Positions 9,268 to 19,308 of a stretch of 64,000 nt of DNA are shown piece by piece (position 1 is the stretch's first letter; each line of letters starts with the position of its first letter). The translations under genes and the position numbers were made by a program. The stretch lies in the IMG/VR virus record IMGVR_UViG_3300013004_000030, positions 57,834-121,833 of that record; one strand, 5' to 3'. A model generated the notes under the pieces. It had not been told where the DNA came from and did no database searches. It worked only from the letters and a program-made list of their open reading frames with translations. The DNA is from a virus. Taxonomy: Duplodnaviria > Caudoviricetes.

Positions 9268-10617
9268 ATGTCCAATCAATTATTAATCAACCACAACTTT
9301 GACGAAGGAAATTCTGGGTGGACGGCCTCCGGGGGTTTCGGCACATATTCCCACACCTCATCTAATCAAATAGCGGTTTTAGATGGAGTTGCGTATTTCA
9401 CCTATGTAAGCAGAACCCTTAGTCAAGTTGTCAACGTGTCCGATCTAGTCGAGAACACTTCTCATTTTATTTGCATTCTAAATATTAGACATAGGCAGAA
9501 AGGAGATGATGGCGGATACACGCAAGTGGACACTTATAGCTTCGAAGTGTTATTCAAAGACAGTTCCAACAATATGGTGGCAAGCAAAAGAACGCCCAGC
9601 TCAGGAGTGACCCAAGCCCCCAAAGATTTTACAGACATAGAACTAAGACTAGACAGAACGGAAATTCCAAATTCCTTTAACAGCATATCTTCAATAGAGG
9701 TGAAAGTAACGGGATTGGACGTTGGTTATTGGAATGGAAACCACGGGCCGATGGTAGACTACATATCTCTATTTTCTCACAAATGTCATAATGAATCCAA
9801 TTTGATTTTGTATCACGACCCTAGCAATACCAATTCTTATCCCGGGTCCGGATCTTCCGTCTATGATCTGAGCGGGAACGGACTAGATGGATTGGCAAGC
9901 AATTTATCATACTCATATCCATATTTTAATTTTAATGGAACAAACTCTCAAATAGAAATTTTGGACAACTCCTTGTTAGAACCCGGCAGTGGCGATTGGA
10001 CCATGGAGGCTTGGCTAAGGGTTACATCCAACCAATCGGGAGTCATACTTGGCAAATTTGAAGATGGCGGCAGAAGCGAAGATGTAAGCTATAGCATAAG
10101 AATAAACTCCAGCGGCAGTTTGTTTGCACAACTAGGGAGTGGAATTAATGGAGAGTATGTCAACAGCACATCTTATCAAACCAGCACAAATATTTGGTAT
10201 CATGTTATTTATGTGTGGAAGAACGGCGGCACAAAAACATTAGAAACATATATCAACGGAACCAGCATAGGCAGCGTCAACCATTCTTTAAACAGTTTGC
10301 TGGACACACCCAATAACTTGTACATTGGTAGCTATAACAACGGAGAATATAATCAGTATTTCAATGGCAGAATAGGAGCGATCAGATTATATAATTCGGC
10401 CTTCACCTCAGAGGAAGTTACGCAGAATTATAATTGCGGAACTTCCTTTTTCTTTGATCCTACTCCTACCTCTACTCCTACTCCTAGCCCCACTCCCACC
10501 CCTACATATAATTCAAATGAATTGGGGCTCCGGTCTCCGAATTCAAATCATTGGAAATTAAACAAGGGAATCAAAAAAAGACAATGGAATATTTTTAGAG
10601 ACATAAGAAATCCATGA
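9268..10617 (+). CDS. LamG/concanavalin A-like domain protein (likely virion-associated) with Pro/Thr linker
   Basis: SYPGSG..YDLSGNG, WTMEAW, WYHV, YING, YFNGRIG..RLYN..EVTQNY; PTPTP run; AT-rich. Confidence 0.8.
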   Translation: MSNQLLINHNFDEGNSGWTASGGFGTYSHTSSNQIAVLDGVAYFTYVSRTLSQVVNVSDLVENTSHFICILNIRHRQKGDDGGYTQVDTYSFEVLFKDSSNNMVASKRTPSSGVTQAPKDFTDIELRLDRTEIPNSFNSISSIEVKVTGLDVGYWNGNHGPMVDYISLFSHKCHNESNLILYHDPSNTNSYPGSGSSVYDLSGNGLDGLASNLSYSYPYFNFNGTNSQIEILDNSLLEPGSGDWTMEAWLRVTSNQSGVILGKFEDGGRSEDVSYSIRINSSGSLFAQLGSGINGEYVNSTSYQTSTNIWYHVIYVWKNGGTKTLETYINGTSIGSVNHSLNSLLDTPNNLYIGSYNNGEYNQYFNGRIGAIRLYNSAFTSEEVTQNYNCGTSFFFDPTPTSTPTPSPTPTPTYNSNELGLRSPNSNHWKLNKGIKKRQWNIFRDIRNP

Positions 10618-10939
10618 TATGGAACCAACTTTTTAAGCCCGGCCAATAAATTCCCCAGTTTCCAAAAATGTAACATTTTCCGGCCGGATTTTTTTTAGAT
10701 ATTAGGCCGAAAAGGGTACCAAGTTCTATAGGAATTCGATCCTATTTCCCAGTTTCAGGAAATGAAACAGGGATCGAATAAAAAAGGGGTCGGGCGCGCA
10801 GCCGCCCCCACCATATCACTGTCCGTCCAGAGATTTTCAAAAAAAATTTCCGGATTTATTTTTTTGAAAAATCCTTCCCGGATAGAGCCCGGCCGTCACC
10901 CCTCCCCCCACTTATCGGGGGGAGGGGTCGGTCTTGTGT

Positions 10940-11494
10940 TCAACCGTTCACGATATAGGTACGCTTGCCGTGGGTCACGGCGGTGATGTTCTCCAACTTG
11001 TAGTCGCGGAGGATGACGGGGCGGGCGACCATCTGCCTTGCCCCTTCCACCTTGGAGCGGAGCCATTCCCGCACAAGGCGGCGACCCTTCGCCCCAAGGG
11101 GCTGGCCGTTGTCCAGATGGTAGACATAGCCGAGGCTATCCCGCACCATCAGTTCAACATACTCCGCCCCCTTATGATCCACGAACGGGGTGAGGGTGCC
11201 ATCCGCACGGGTGCGGAGCGTTCCCCACTTGCGGGGCATTGCGACGAACTGGGCGACTTCGCCCGTGGCCGGGTCAATCGGCCGGTTCTCCGCGTTGCGA
11301 CGACGCTGGACGGCGGCGGTGTAACGCCAGTTGATCTGCCCGTTGACGCGGGCAGTCTTGCGGACGCGACCGCCGAACGGGTTGCCAGCCCGGAGATCGG
11401 GCACGGTGGTGGCGGTGATGGTCACGACGCGGCTGCCCCGGATCGCGGCGAGGCCGGAGGAGAGTTGCGAGCGGGTGATGGCGACGGTGGACAT
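10940..11494 (-). CDS. Hypothetical phage protein
   Basis: 184 aa; AAGGA RBS; conserved element upstream. Confidence 0.75.
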   Translation of the reverse strand: MSTVAITRSQLSSGLAAIRGSRVVTITATTVPDLRAGNPFGGRVRKTARVNGQINWRYTAAVQRRRNAENRPIDPATGEVAQFVAMPRKWGTLRTRADGTLTPFVDHKGAEYVELMVRDSLGYVYHLDNGQPLGAKGRRLVREWLRSKVEGARQMVARPVILRDYKLENITAVTHGKRTYIVNG

Positions 11495-11691
11495 GACAAG
11501 GTTCCTTACGGGTTGTCGGCGGTGTTGCCGATACCCTTACACTGTCCGGCGGTGTATTTTCAAAAATAATGCGAAGGGATGGTGATGGATCGGGTAGGGA
11601 TGGATCGGGATACCTTACAGCATGGGCAAAAGCCAGCCCCCGCGACATTCCCTAGGGATTTGTGCGGGGGCTGGCGATGCCGCCGGTTGTG

Positions 11692-11901
11692 CTAGGCCGC
11701 GAACGCTACCCTTCCCGGCTTGACCTTGGCGAGGCGACCGATGCTCACGAGGATGCCGTGATCCTCTTCCAGAATCTCTTGGGCGATCTCCAGAGCCATC
11801 CGGCTCATGCCATCGCTGAGGTTTTCGTCGTCCCGCACGGAGCGGACAACGGCTTCCACGGTGGCCTTCTCGGACGCGGTGAGGATCATCTTCGGGGTCA
11901 T
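11692..11901 (-). CDS. Hypothetical protein
   Basis: RBS and conserved element upstream; leader duplicated with that of 10940..11494. Confidence 0.7.
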   Translation of the reverse strand: MTPKMILTASEKATVEAVVRSVRDDENLSDGMSRMALEIAQEILEEDHGILVSIGRLAKVKPGRVAFAA

Positions 11902-12077
11902 GGCTGTTTCCTTTGCTACGGGATTGTCGGCGGTGTTGCCGATGCCCTTACACTGTCTGAGGATTATTTTTCAAAAAGCGGTTTTAGGTTTAGTGCTATC
12001 TGTAGGGTCTGGGGGATACTTACGCCTTACGCGGACAACTATGCCCCCGACATTCGGCAGTTTTTTGTGCCAGAAAA

Positions 12078-12292
12078 GGCTCCAGGTGTTCCAGGACAGG
12101 TTCCAGGTGTTCCAGGAGTTCCAGGACAGGCTCCAGGTTGTTCCAGGTGTTCCAGGAGTTCCAGGACAGGCTCCAGGTTGTTCCAGGTGTTCCAGGACAG
12201 GCTCCAGGTTGTTCCAGGTGTTCCAGGACAGGCTCCAGGTGTTCCAGGTGTTCCAGGACAGGCTCCAGGAGTTCCAGGACAGCAGGACAGGA
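12078..12292. repeat. Tandem array of 9-12 bp units containing 20 copies of TCCAGG
   Basis: Units tccaggtgt / tccaggagt / tccaggacaggc / tccaggttgt; intergenic; followed by GC hairpins at 12310-12342 and 12358-12388. Confidence 0.95.
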
Positions 12293-12394
12293 CAAGATAG
12301 ATAAAAAAAAATCAGCCCCGAGGGTTTGCCCCGGGGCTGATTTCACCCTCAACCCATCCCCCTCCCCGCCCGTATTCGGGGAGGGGGGAATCTG

Positions 12395-13279
12395 TTAGGC
12401 AGCCATCTCGTAGACGAGTCGCTCGGCACGCTGCACTGCCGCGTCGTTTGCGGCGAGGACGATCCGGTGCATATCGTCCGCGTTGCCGTGCCGGATCGCA
12501 TCGTGCTGCACATAGCCTTGCACCGCGTTCCAAGCCTCCCATCCGCTCACCATCCAGTCGTTCTGGAGGGCGGGGCGGCCGGAGCGGAGACGCTCGCTGT
12601 AGAGGCGGGCGAAGATGGCTTCGGTGCGATTCTTGTGCATCGTCACCGCCCGGCCGGTCTCACCGTTGGGCTCACCGTAGACCGCCCTCAGAAACTCCAC
12701 CATGTTGACCCGGCGGCTTTCCAGCATGTCGGCCGCGGCGGAAACGCTTGCCCAACTCTGCCGGAGGGTGCCGAAGGTTGCGATCAGTTCGTCCATCTTC
12801 GGCCGGAGACCGCTGGTATGGCGGATGCTGACGGTCGTTCCGCGAACCATCCGCATGATCGCCATGTTCTTGCAGATATCACGGTAGAAGCCGAGGGAGG
12901 CATGGAACGCCCGGCCGTCATAGCCCGCGTTGATGATGACGCGGGGGAAGATGCTGTCGGCGGTTCCGAACACATTCTTCCGCTGTTCCTTCGTCGGCTG
13001 AATGGCCACATAGTGACCCTCATGGAAGTGGCACTTGATGTCGGCCACCCCGTCAAACGCGGTGCTCGCGGCCTCCACTAGGGCGATAACATCGTCGGTC
13101 TGGTGCGGCACATATCGGCTCGTCACCGCGTCGCCGACGACGCTGGAGTCATCACTCCGGAAAAGACCGTAGAACGGGGTGCGGAGTCCGTCCGGGCCGG
13201 AGAGGGGGAACTTGTCAACCGAGAAAGAGAACTTGCTGCGAACCTTGTTGATGATCTCGTTGCTGATGACGGTGCTCAT
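12395..13279 (-). CDS. DUF932/DUF945-family protein
   Basis: V..RYVPHQ, INAGYDG, R.ICKN, SIRHT and W.AWNAV..Y..H motifs. Confidence 0.7.
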   Translation of the reverse strand: MSTVISNEIINKVRSKFSFSVDKFPLSGPDGLRTPFYGLFRSDDSSVVGDAVTSRYVPHQTDDVIALVEAASTAFDGVADIKCHFHEGHYVAIQPTKEQRKNVFGTADSIFPRVIINAGYDGRAFHASLGFYRDICKNMAIMRMVRGTTVSIRHTSGLRPKMDELIATFGTLRQSWASVSAAADMLESRRVNMVEFLRAVYGEPNGETGRAVTMHKNRTEAIFARLYSERLRSGRPALQNDWMVSGWEAWNAVQGYVQHDAIRHGNADDMHRIVLAANDAAVQRAERLVYEMAA

Positions 13280-13347
13280 GATAGAACCTTTTGGGTTTGG
13301 GTTGAAGTGAACCGGATCTGTTCTTTCAACTATCCGGTCGGATGTTT

Positions 13348-13659
13348 TCAAGACTGAATCTTTTTCTTCAGCAGTTCGGCGAAAATCTGGGTGAGAACAA
13401 CCTTCACTTCGGTCGGCTGACCGTTGAACTTGCTTGGACTTTCGCCCAGGAATCCGTAGATGGTTTGAGCCTCGTCCGCCGATATTGTGCCGAGCATCAT
13501 CGCGGAGCTCTTGATTTCCTGGAACTTGACGAACTCACCGACTTCCATGTTGAGCCCGGCGCTCATCTTCTCGAGATCCTCGGCGTTTGTGAGGCCCGCC
13601 TCGAGCCGCTGCCGGATCTGGTCCCGCGTGCGATCGATCGCCGCCAGTATTCTGTTCAT
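13348..13659 (-). CDS. Hypothetical protein
   Basis: GAGGAG RBS; stop lies in the TTGA of the next element. Confidence 0.75.
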   Translation of the reverse strand: MNRILAAIDRTRDQIRQRLEAGLTNAEDLEKMSAGLNMEVGEFVKFQEIKSSAMMLGTISADEAQTIYGFLGESPSKFNGQPTEVKVVLTQIFAELLKKKIQS

Positions 13660-13763
13660 GTTTTCTCCTCGGGTTGTTCTTTCAACTATCTGGGGGGACA
13701 AAAACAAGAACCCGTGCCGGGGCGGGGAGTTTCACCCGTTCTCAACCCGCCCCGGCTTGTGAT

Positions 13764-14081
13764 TCACTCTCCCCCGTAGTAGTCGCCCAAGGGGGTATCG
13801 TCGCCGTAGTAGCCGTAGTCCTCGTCGGTTCCGAACCCGGCGGAGGAGAGGCCGGTTTCCATGTCCCCGTCCATGCTCTCGTCGTAGGACGCCTCGTCGT
13901 CGTAGTAGCCGTTCTCCCGCTCGGCCTCCTTGAGGCAGTGGTGGCAGATGCTGGTCGGGTTGTCAACGGGGAGGCGAGCCCCGCAGACGCAGACCATATC
14001 CAACTGACGGCCGCTCTCGTCGTAGCGGGGGCAGCATCCGGCCTCGTGTCCACAGCATGGAAAGTCTTGGCAGTAACCCAT
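13764..14081 (-). CDS. Cys-rich, acidic-tailed hypothetical protein
   Basis: CQDFPCCGH..GCC, CVC, CHHC; GAGGAG RBS. Confidence 0.7.
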   Translation of the reverse strand: MGYCQDFPCCGHEAGCCPRYDESGRQLDMVCVCGARLPVDNPTSICHHCLKEAERENGYYDDEASYDESMDGDMETGLSSAGFGTDEDYGYYGDDTPLGDYYGGE

Positions 14082-14144
14082 GATTGTCTCCTCGTGTTGA
14101 AGGTTTGTAACTGACTAATACTTCAACTATCCGGGAGAGGATTT

Positions 14145-14417
14145 TTAATCCTCGTCCCCTTCCTCGTCGTCATCGGCTGGGAACATGATATCCCATCCCT
14201 CTTGGCTGGTTCCCGAGATGAGGAACTCCCGCTGGCTTGCGTCAAGGTAGGGGAAGCAGTCTTGCACATACCCGCCTTGACGGTAGCGGTTGAGATCTTC
14301 CGCGTTGACGGTAACACGCTGCTCCTTGCCGGTCACCACGCAAGGGCCGATGAAGGTGTATGTGTGAACCGGATCGTGCTGCTCTTCCATCCGGCAACTG
14401 GAGTCTGCGTAACGCAT
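14145..14417 (-). CDS. Hypothetical protein
   Basis: VQDCFPYL...REFLISG..W motif; RBS and element upstream. Confidence 0.7.
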   Translation of the reverse strand: MRYADSSCRMEEQHDPVHTYTFIGPCVVTGKEQRVTVNAEDLNRYRQGGYVQDCFPYLDASQREFLISGTSQEGWDIMFPADDDEEGDED

Positions 14418-14457
14418 GACATTTCCTTTTTGTGTGAGGGGTTGGGCTCTTATTTTT

Positions 14458-14712
14458 TCAACTATCCGGGGTGTAGGAATCAACGATCTTGAGTATTTCC
14501 TCCTTGAGGTTCTGTGCGGCCTGTTGGATATCGTTTCCCCAGCCCGCGATGACTCCGTCCCTCCGGCTTTCAACCTTGGCACAGACCCGGCCCCAATGGT
14601 TCACGAAGACCATCATGCTGTCGGTCGTGCAGTCGGCGAGACGATCCATGAGTCTCTGGATCTCCTCCATCGTGGAGATTGTGTCTTGTTCGGTCGCGAT
14701 CATCAGTCGCAC
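14458..14712 (-). CDS. Hypothetical protein
   Basis: AAGGAG RBS; stop lies in the GTTGA end of the element. Confidence 0.6.
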   Translation of the reverse strand: MRLMIATEQDTISTMEEIQRLMDRLADCTTDSMMVFVNHWGRVCAKVESRRDGVIAGWGNDIQQAAQNLKEEILKIVDSYTPDS

Positions 14713-15005
14713 TCCTTGAGGGGTTTCGGGGTGAAATAAATATCCCGTTCAATGTAGAGTCCGCCCCAGAGCCGGACGCTCTCCAGTTCCGGGATGCTGA
14801 AGTATCCGAGTTCCTCCTCTTGGAGGATGACCTTTCCGAAGGCGGTTCCGTCCTCGGGGTTGTATTCGGTCATGTACCAAGTTCCGGCACCGCACGGGTT
14901 GAAGAACTTGGCGTAGGCGATTGCGTCTTCGCCCTTTCCGTCTTGTGCGTAGAGGGCGGGAACCTTGCTGAGGATTTCTTTGGTGAGGATCTTTTGGCGT
15001 GCCAT
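14703..15005 (-). CDS. DUF2958-family protein
   Basis: KFFNP.G..TWY.TE..AFG..EELGYFS..EL...IERD.YF. Confidence 0.8.
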   Translation of the reverse strand: MARQKILTKEILSKVPALYAQDGKGEDAIAYAKFFNPCGAGTWYMTEYNPEDGTAFGKVILQEEELGYFSIPELESVRLWGGLYIERDIYFTPKPLKECD

Positions 15006-15049
15006 GATTTTCTCCTTGGTTGTTCTTTCAACTATCTGGGGAGGTTAAA

Positions 15050-15238
15050 TCAAGCGGCCTCTTCCTTGCTGACGGCGATGCCGAACTTTTTCTTGATGGC
15101 CTCAAGCATCCTCAGATCATCGTCATTGAGGTTGATTTTCAGTTCCAAGGCCTTTTTGTAGTGATTTTCGGCGTGGCTCAATGCCCCGGCCAGAAACACG
15201 ATCTCTTGCCAGTTGAGGGTGACGCGCTTTTCTTTCAT
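15050..15238 (-). CDS. Hypothetical protein
   Basis: AAGGAG RBS and element upstream. Confidence 0.7.
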   Translation of the reverse strand: MKEKRVTLNWQEIVFLAGALSHAENHYKKALELKINLNDDDLRMLEAIKKKFGIAVSKEEAA

Positions 15239-15281
15239 TTTTTTTCTCCTTGTGTTGTTTCAACCATCTGGTTGGGATGAA

Positions 15282-15614
15282 TCAAGGAAGGAATCCCAAG
15301 GTTAGGATCTTGTCGGCCAAGTCCCACGGGATCTCAACCCTCATGAAGAATCCGCCCTTTTCGCCTCTGATCCTTATTTTTGGAGTCGGGCAGAAGACCT
15401 TGAAGTTCACAAAGTTTTTGTCTTGCTTGCCGTAGTAGGGGTCAAAGCGACGGCAGCCGGGCTGCATTCTCGCCCCCATTTTGGCTAGCCATGCCTCGGT
15501 CTTTTTTGCCTTCCACGGGTTCACGGGAAGGATATTTTTCTTCTTCATGGAGAGCCGGAAAGATTGTGACAGCCTTTCCAAGGCTTCCATGTTGGTCTGT
15601 GCCGGGTGGAACAT
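15282..15614 (-). CDS. Paralog family A member (C-terminal IPWDLADKILTLGFLP)
   Basis: Shared C-terminal motif. Confidence 0.7.
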   Translation of the reverse strand: MFHPAQTNMEALERLSQSFRLSMKKKNILPVNPWKAKKTEAWLAKMGARMQPGCRRFDPYYGKQDKNFVNFKVFCPTPKIRIRGEKGGFFMRVEIPWDLADKILTLGFLP

Positions 15615-15859
15615 CAGACTTCCCTCACGATGGGCATGACTCCCATCATTTCAATGACTTGCGAGCATTGGTCGGCGACTCCGTCGTTGTCGTAGTTGTA
15701 GACGAAGGCCTCGTCCTTGTTTTCTGTCGTGCCGCGGAGCCCGACATAGAACTCCTTGCCGTCTTTTGGGAGGATGACGATGACCCGTGCGTTCCGTCCG
15801 GCGAACTCACGGTCAAGTGCGGCCTTGTTGGCGATTGCTCTGACTTCGCTGACCAGCAT
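15614..15859 (-). CDS. Hypothetical protein
   Basis: AAGGAG RBS and element upstream. Confidence 0.7.
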   Translation of the reverse strand: MLVSEVRAIANKAALDREFAGRNARVIVILPKDGKEFYVGLRGTTENKDEAFVYNYDNDGVADQCSQVIEMMGVMPIVREV

Positions 15860-15914
15860 GGTTTGTCTCCTTGTGTTGTTTCTTGTGTTATTTCAACCAT
15901 CTGGGCTCATGAAA

Positions 15915-16178
15915 TCAGATGGTGACTTCCACCGAACCGGGCTTCCAGTAGGGCTTGTTCCAGACGCGGAGGTTGTAGGAGACGAATCCGACGAGATTTC
16001 CGTCTTGGTGGAGTGTGGCCTTGCCCCAGTTCCCGCCGCCGATGTCGTTTTCTCCTTGGAACTTGAGGATCTTTTCCCGAAGTTCCTTGATGGTCGGGGC
16101 GGAGATGCTGTGGTTCTCAGACCAGTCGCCTTGGTTTCGGTCGGGATTTCCGTTGATCGTGAACTCAATGGTGAACAT
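15915..16178 (-). CDS. Hypothetical protein
   Basis: GNPD..Q and IGGGNW..G.VSYN.RVW motif; element upstream. Confidence 0.7.
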   Translation of the reverse strand: MFTIEFTINGNPDRNQGDWSENHSISAPTIKELREKILKFQGENDIGGGNWGKATLHQDGNLVGFVSYNLRVWNKPYWKPGSVEVTI

Positions 16179-16532
16179 GATTGTCTCTCTGAAGGGGGAA
16201 GGGTGATATTGTTTCAACCATCTGGAGGCACAGAATCAAGATCTCATTCTTTTTTGGTGTAGACCATGTCGCAGTAGACCTTGTCCTTTTCAACGATCAA
16301 GCCGTAATCGGCCTCGGGCGTGTTGACTTGCAGATAGTGTTTTCCTTCCACCTTGCCGTCGTAAGAGACGCCGTAGCCAAAAGAGAAGATGACGGAGAAC
16401 AGCACAATCAGTTCGTTCATGGTTTCAATCCTTTGAAAATGGGTCGTCCGTGTTGTTTCAACTATCTTGGGATAAAAAATCAGGGGGCGGGATTTTTAGT
16501 TCCCGCCCCCTTTTCAGTTGAATGAAAGGCTG

Positions 16533-17195
16533 TTAGCCCGCCTTCTTGCGGATTGCTTGGTACATGGTTCCCGATCGGGTCGGGGCTCTCTTTGTGCCCT
16601 TGAAGAACGACCGTTTGCCGCCGGTGCCCTTCCCCTTGTTCTTCACCATGATCCACCGGTTTCCGATCCGGTAAACAACGGGCAGTGGGTTTAGGCGGTA
16701 GGTGCCGGGGATCAGGTTCCATTCCGAGTCGGTGTCAAACTTGGGGATGGCTCGTGCCAGGGGTGCGGAAGTCCCGTACTTGATCACTTCCTTCGTCGTC
16801 TCGCATGTGATGATGGTGATGTTAGTCCCCACCATCCAGTCCGTCGCGAAAGCTTGCGACCTTCCGATGGCTTGTGCTACGACGCAGTTCTCCTTGTTGC
16901 CGCACATCGCCTTGTTGATGCACTGCTGGGTGATACGCAATTCAAGCGGATCGTTGGCAGCATAAATCTTCCATCCGTCCTTGGTTGTCCGCAAGAGGGT
17001 TTTCCCGCCGCCTTCAATATCCTTCCTCGCCTTCGCTTCCGCACGAGCCCGGCCCTTCTTGTAGGCGGCTTGCTGCTTCGGCGTAAGTTCGTCCCAGTAG
17101 ACCATCTTGGCCTTCACGGTCTTCTTGGCCTGCTTCTTCTTCGCGGTCTTGGCTGCTGCAACCTTCGTCTTCTTGACAATCTTCGTGGATGACAT
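16533..17195 (-). CDS. Basic hypothetical protein
   Basis: 220 aa; AAGGAG RBS; Lys-rich N-terminus; hairpin at 16482-16515 downstream. Confidence 0.75.
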   Translation of the reverse strand: MSSTKIVKKTKVAAAKTAKKKQAKKTVKAKMVYWDELTPKQQAAYKKGRARAEAKARKDIEGGGKTLLRTTKDGWKIYAANDPLELRITQQCINKAMCGNKENCVVAQAIGRSQAFATDWMVGTNITIITCETTKEVIKYGTSAPLARAIPKFDTDSEWNLIPGTYRLNPLPVVYRIGNRWIMVKNKGKGTGGKRSFFKGTKRAPTRSGTMYQAIRKKAG

Positions 17196-17247
17196 TCTTT
17201 GTCTCCTTGGGTTAAAAAAATCTTACCTAACTAATCAACGCTGCTTG

Positions 17248-17643
17248 TCAGACCTTCACCTTTTTGGGCTTGGTGAAGATCAATTCCACCTTCGTCTTGA
17301 AAACCTTGACATGGAACTCCTCGTAGTTGTCACACGCCGCGAGGGTCTGATCGGTGACGGGGAAGGTTTCCGCGAAATCGTCGCCGCCGACGAGGTAATG
17401 TGCCTCCTCGTAGTAGTCCTCGTCCTTCTGGGGATCGCAGCCCTTGGCGTAGGCCACATAGGTCTTGTCGCCTTCCATGTCCTTCGGATCGCCGTTGCTC
17501 ATGATGTACACGCCGTGGTCGTGGACGAAGAAGATGGCGGGCTTGGGGGCTTCCTCGCTCCATCCCATGCCCCACTTGGTGCTGTTGAGGGCATGCTGGA
17601 CGCAACGCTTGATCTCTGAGGTCTTGAACTTGCAGACTCCCAT
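17248..17643 (-). CDS. DUF3085-family protein
   Basis: FVHDHGVYIMSN..VAYAKGCDP...GGDDFAE. Confidence 0.8.
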   Translation of the reverse strand: MGVCKFKTSEIKRCVQHALNSTKWGMGWSEEAPKPAIFFVHDHGVYIMSNGDPKDMEGDKTYVAYAKGCDPQKDEDYYEEAHYLVGGDDFAETFPVTDQTLAACDNYEEFHVKVFKTKVELIFTKPKKVKV

Positions 17644-17698
17644 GATCTTCTCCTTGGTTTGAGGGATGATATTTTTTCAACCATCCGGGTTTCAAGAA

Positions 17699-18148
17699 TC
17701 AACACTGGGAGAATCCGGTGATCACCCTTTTGTGTTCCTTGTTCCATGTTTCGCCGCAACTCCGGCATCCCATTATGTGGTGACTATTCCAGGTCGCGTC
17801 ATCCAGGATCGTTACGGGCTTTTTCTTCAGGCAGAATGGGCAGATGTCCGGGTTTTTTGAGTATTCCTCGCTTGAGATCTTTGGCTTTTTGGGCTTTCTT
17901 TTCCAGGCGAACAGCCGGCCCATGATTTCGTTGAGGATTTCGGCGTCGTGCCGGGCATCGTCGTCCAGGGCGTATCCGGCGTCATCCCAGTAGAAATCGT
18001 CGGTGTCGTCCAGGGCTTTTTGCAGGTCGCCGGCACTTTTCTCCAGGACTTCGATGCAGCAATGCCCGTTTCCCACGCTTGCCACGATGCGCACAGGCTT
18101 CTTGAGCTTCACCATTGCCTTCACGATGTCAGGCAGTAATTCTTCCAA
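17699..18148 (-). CDS. Hypothetical protein with C-terminal Zn ribbon
   Basis: CPFC...CRSC; true start may lie further upstream. Confidence 0.6.
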   Translation of the reverse strand: MEELLPDIVKAMVKLKKPVRIVASVGNGHCCIEVLEKSAGDLQKALDDTDDFYWDDAGYALDDDARHDAEILNEIMGRLFAWKRKPKKPKISSEEYSKNPDICPFCLKKKPVTILDDATWNSHHIMGCRSCGETWNKEHKRVITGFSQC

Positions 18149-18253
18149 GGATTGCTCGAACTCATATTCCTTGAAATGTTCCTCGATCAGCTCCTCGACT
18201 GTTTTTCCGAGCTGGAGTTCGGTGATCAGGGGGTGTTGTTTTTTAATATTTCT

Positions 18254-18784
18254 TCAACCGTCTCGAAGGATTATTTCAACAAGTTTCCTTCTTGACGGGC
18301 ATTTCGGCTCGAGGCCGAAGAGTTTTTTGTATTCTCGGCGGATTTCTGCCCATTCCACATCCCAGGATCCGTCGGAACTCACGGTTATTGTCTTTGGCGC
18401 GTGATTAGATGCAGACAATAGTATAAGTCCCACTGCGAGGTCGTAGGGTTTGTGCGCTGTTTTGCAGAACTCGAAGTATTGCTTGCCCTGCCCGAAAGGC
18501 TGGGGTTCGGGCATTTTCTTGTGCAGCATGAAGGTTTCGTGGCCTTCGTCCTTCCATCCGTTGAATCTTATTAGTTCGTCGCTCACCTCGGGGCATTTCG
18601 GGAGCATCTTCTTGTTTCCGAATACATCAAACTCCTGCGGTTCGACAGGAGAATCGTACTCGTATGCGAGCAGGATGTTTTTGCTGCCGCACAGATCGAT
18701 GATTTCCACGAAGTCGAGGCAGATCTTCTCCCACTGCTTCTGGGTGAAGTTTTTTTTCTGGTAGTAGTAGTGGGTGTAGCCGAT
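18254..18784 (-). CDS. Conserved phage protein (GYTHY N-terminus, FCKTAHKPYD), apparent ATC start
   Basis: AGGAGA RBS 8 nt before ATC-GGC-TAC-ACC-CAC-TAC, in frame with the ORF-track ORF. Confidence 0.7.
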   Translation of the reverse strand: MGYTHYYYQKKNFTQKQWEKICLDFVEIIDLCGSKNILLAYEYDSPVEPQEFDVFGNKKMLPKCPEVSDELIRFNGWKDEGHETFMLHKKMPEPQPFGQGKQYFEFCKTAHKPYDLAVGLILLSASNHAPKTITVSSDGSWDVEWAEIRREYKKLFGLEPKCPSRRKLVEIILRDG

Positions 18785-19308
18785 TGTCAGGGTCTCCTTA
18801 CTTTCTCGAGTTCCTCAAGCAGATCGAGGACGGCCTTGTTGTAGACATACTGCTCGAGAGCGTCGATGTCGCAGAAGTTGCTTTCGAGCCTGGCCTTGTC
18901 TGCCTCCTCGAGGAGTTTTTTCGACTCGATCCGCTTTTTCTCGATCCACTTATTTGTTTTCATGCTTCCACCTCCAGAACCCGGACTTCCTCGTCGGGTC
19001 CGAGGTCTAGTAGTTCACTCCAGTTCCACTTGTCCGGGCTTTCCGACATTTGGTCGTCGAACTGGATCTCGAGCACTACAGTCTGGGTCTTGATCATTTT
19101 TTACTCCGGTGTGACGACGAAGGTGAATCGTTCCTTGAAATACTTGAGTTCCTTCTCAAGCCTCTGGATTCTGGCGGTCATGGCATGTGGGGCGAATGGG
19201 ATCCACGATCCCTCCTTGTCATTCCTCCAGCAGAGGATGCCTTCCACAACTTTTTCTTCGTAATACATGATGTTCTCCTTGTTGTTTCAACCATCTTGGC
19301 TTGGTTTT

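Noticed and set aside
7080-12292. Methyltransferase as the cognate enzyme of the CCWGG array
   Set aside because: Its target-recognition region looks more like GGNCC-type enzymes; no support without a methylome.
11662-12398. ORFs through the TCCAGG array (PGVPGQA, FQVFQD, LEHLE frames)
   Set aside because: Several frames are open only because the repeat lacks stops; no convincing RBS or start.
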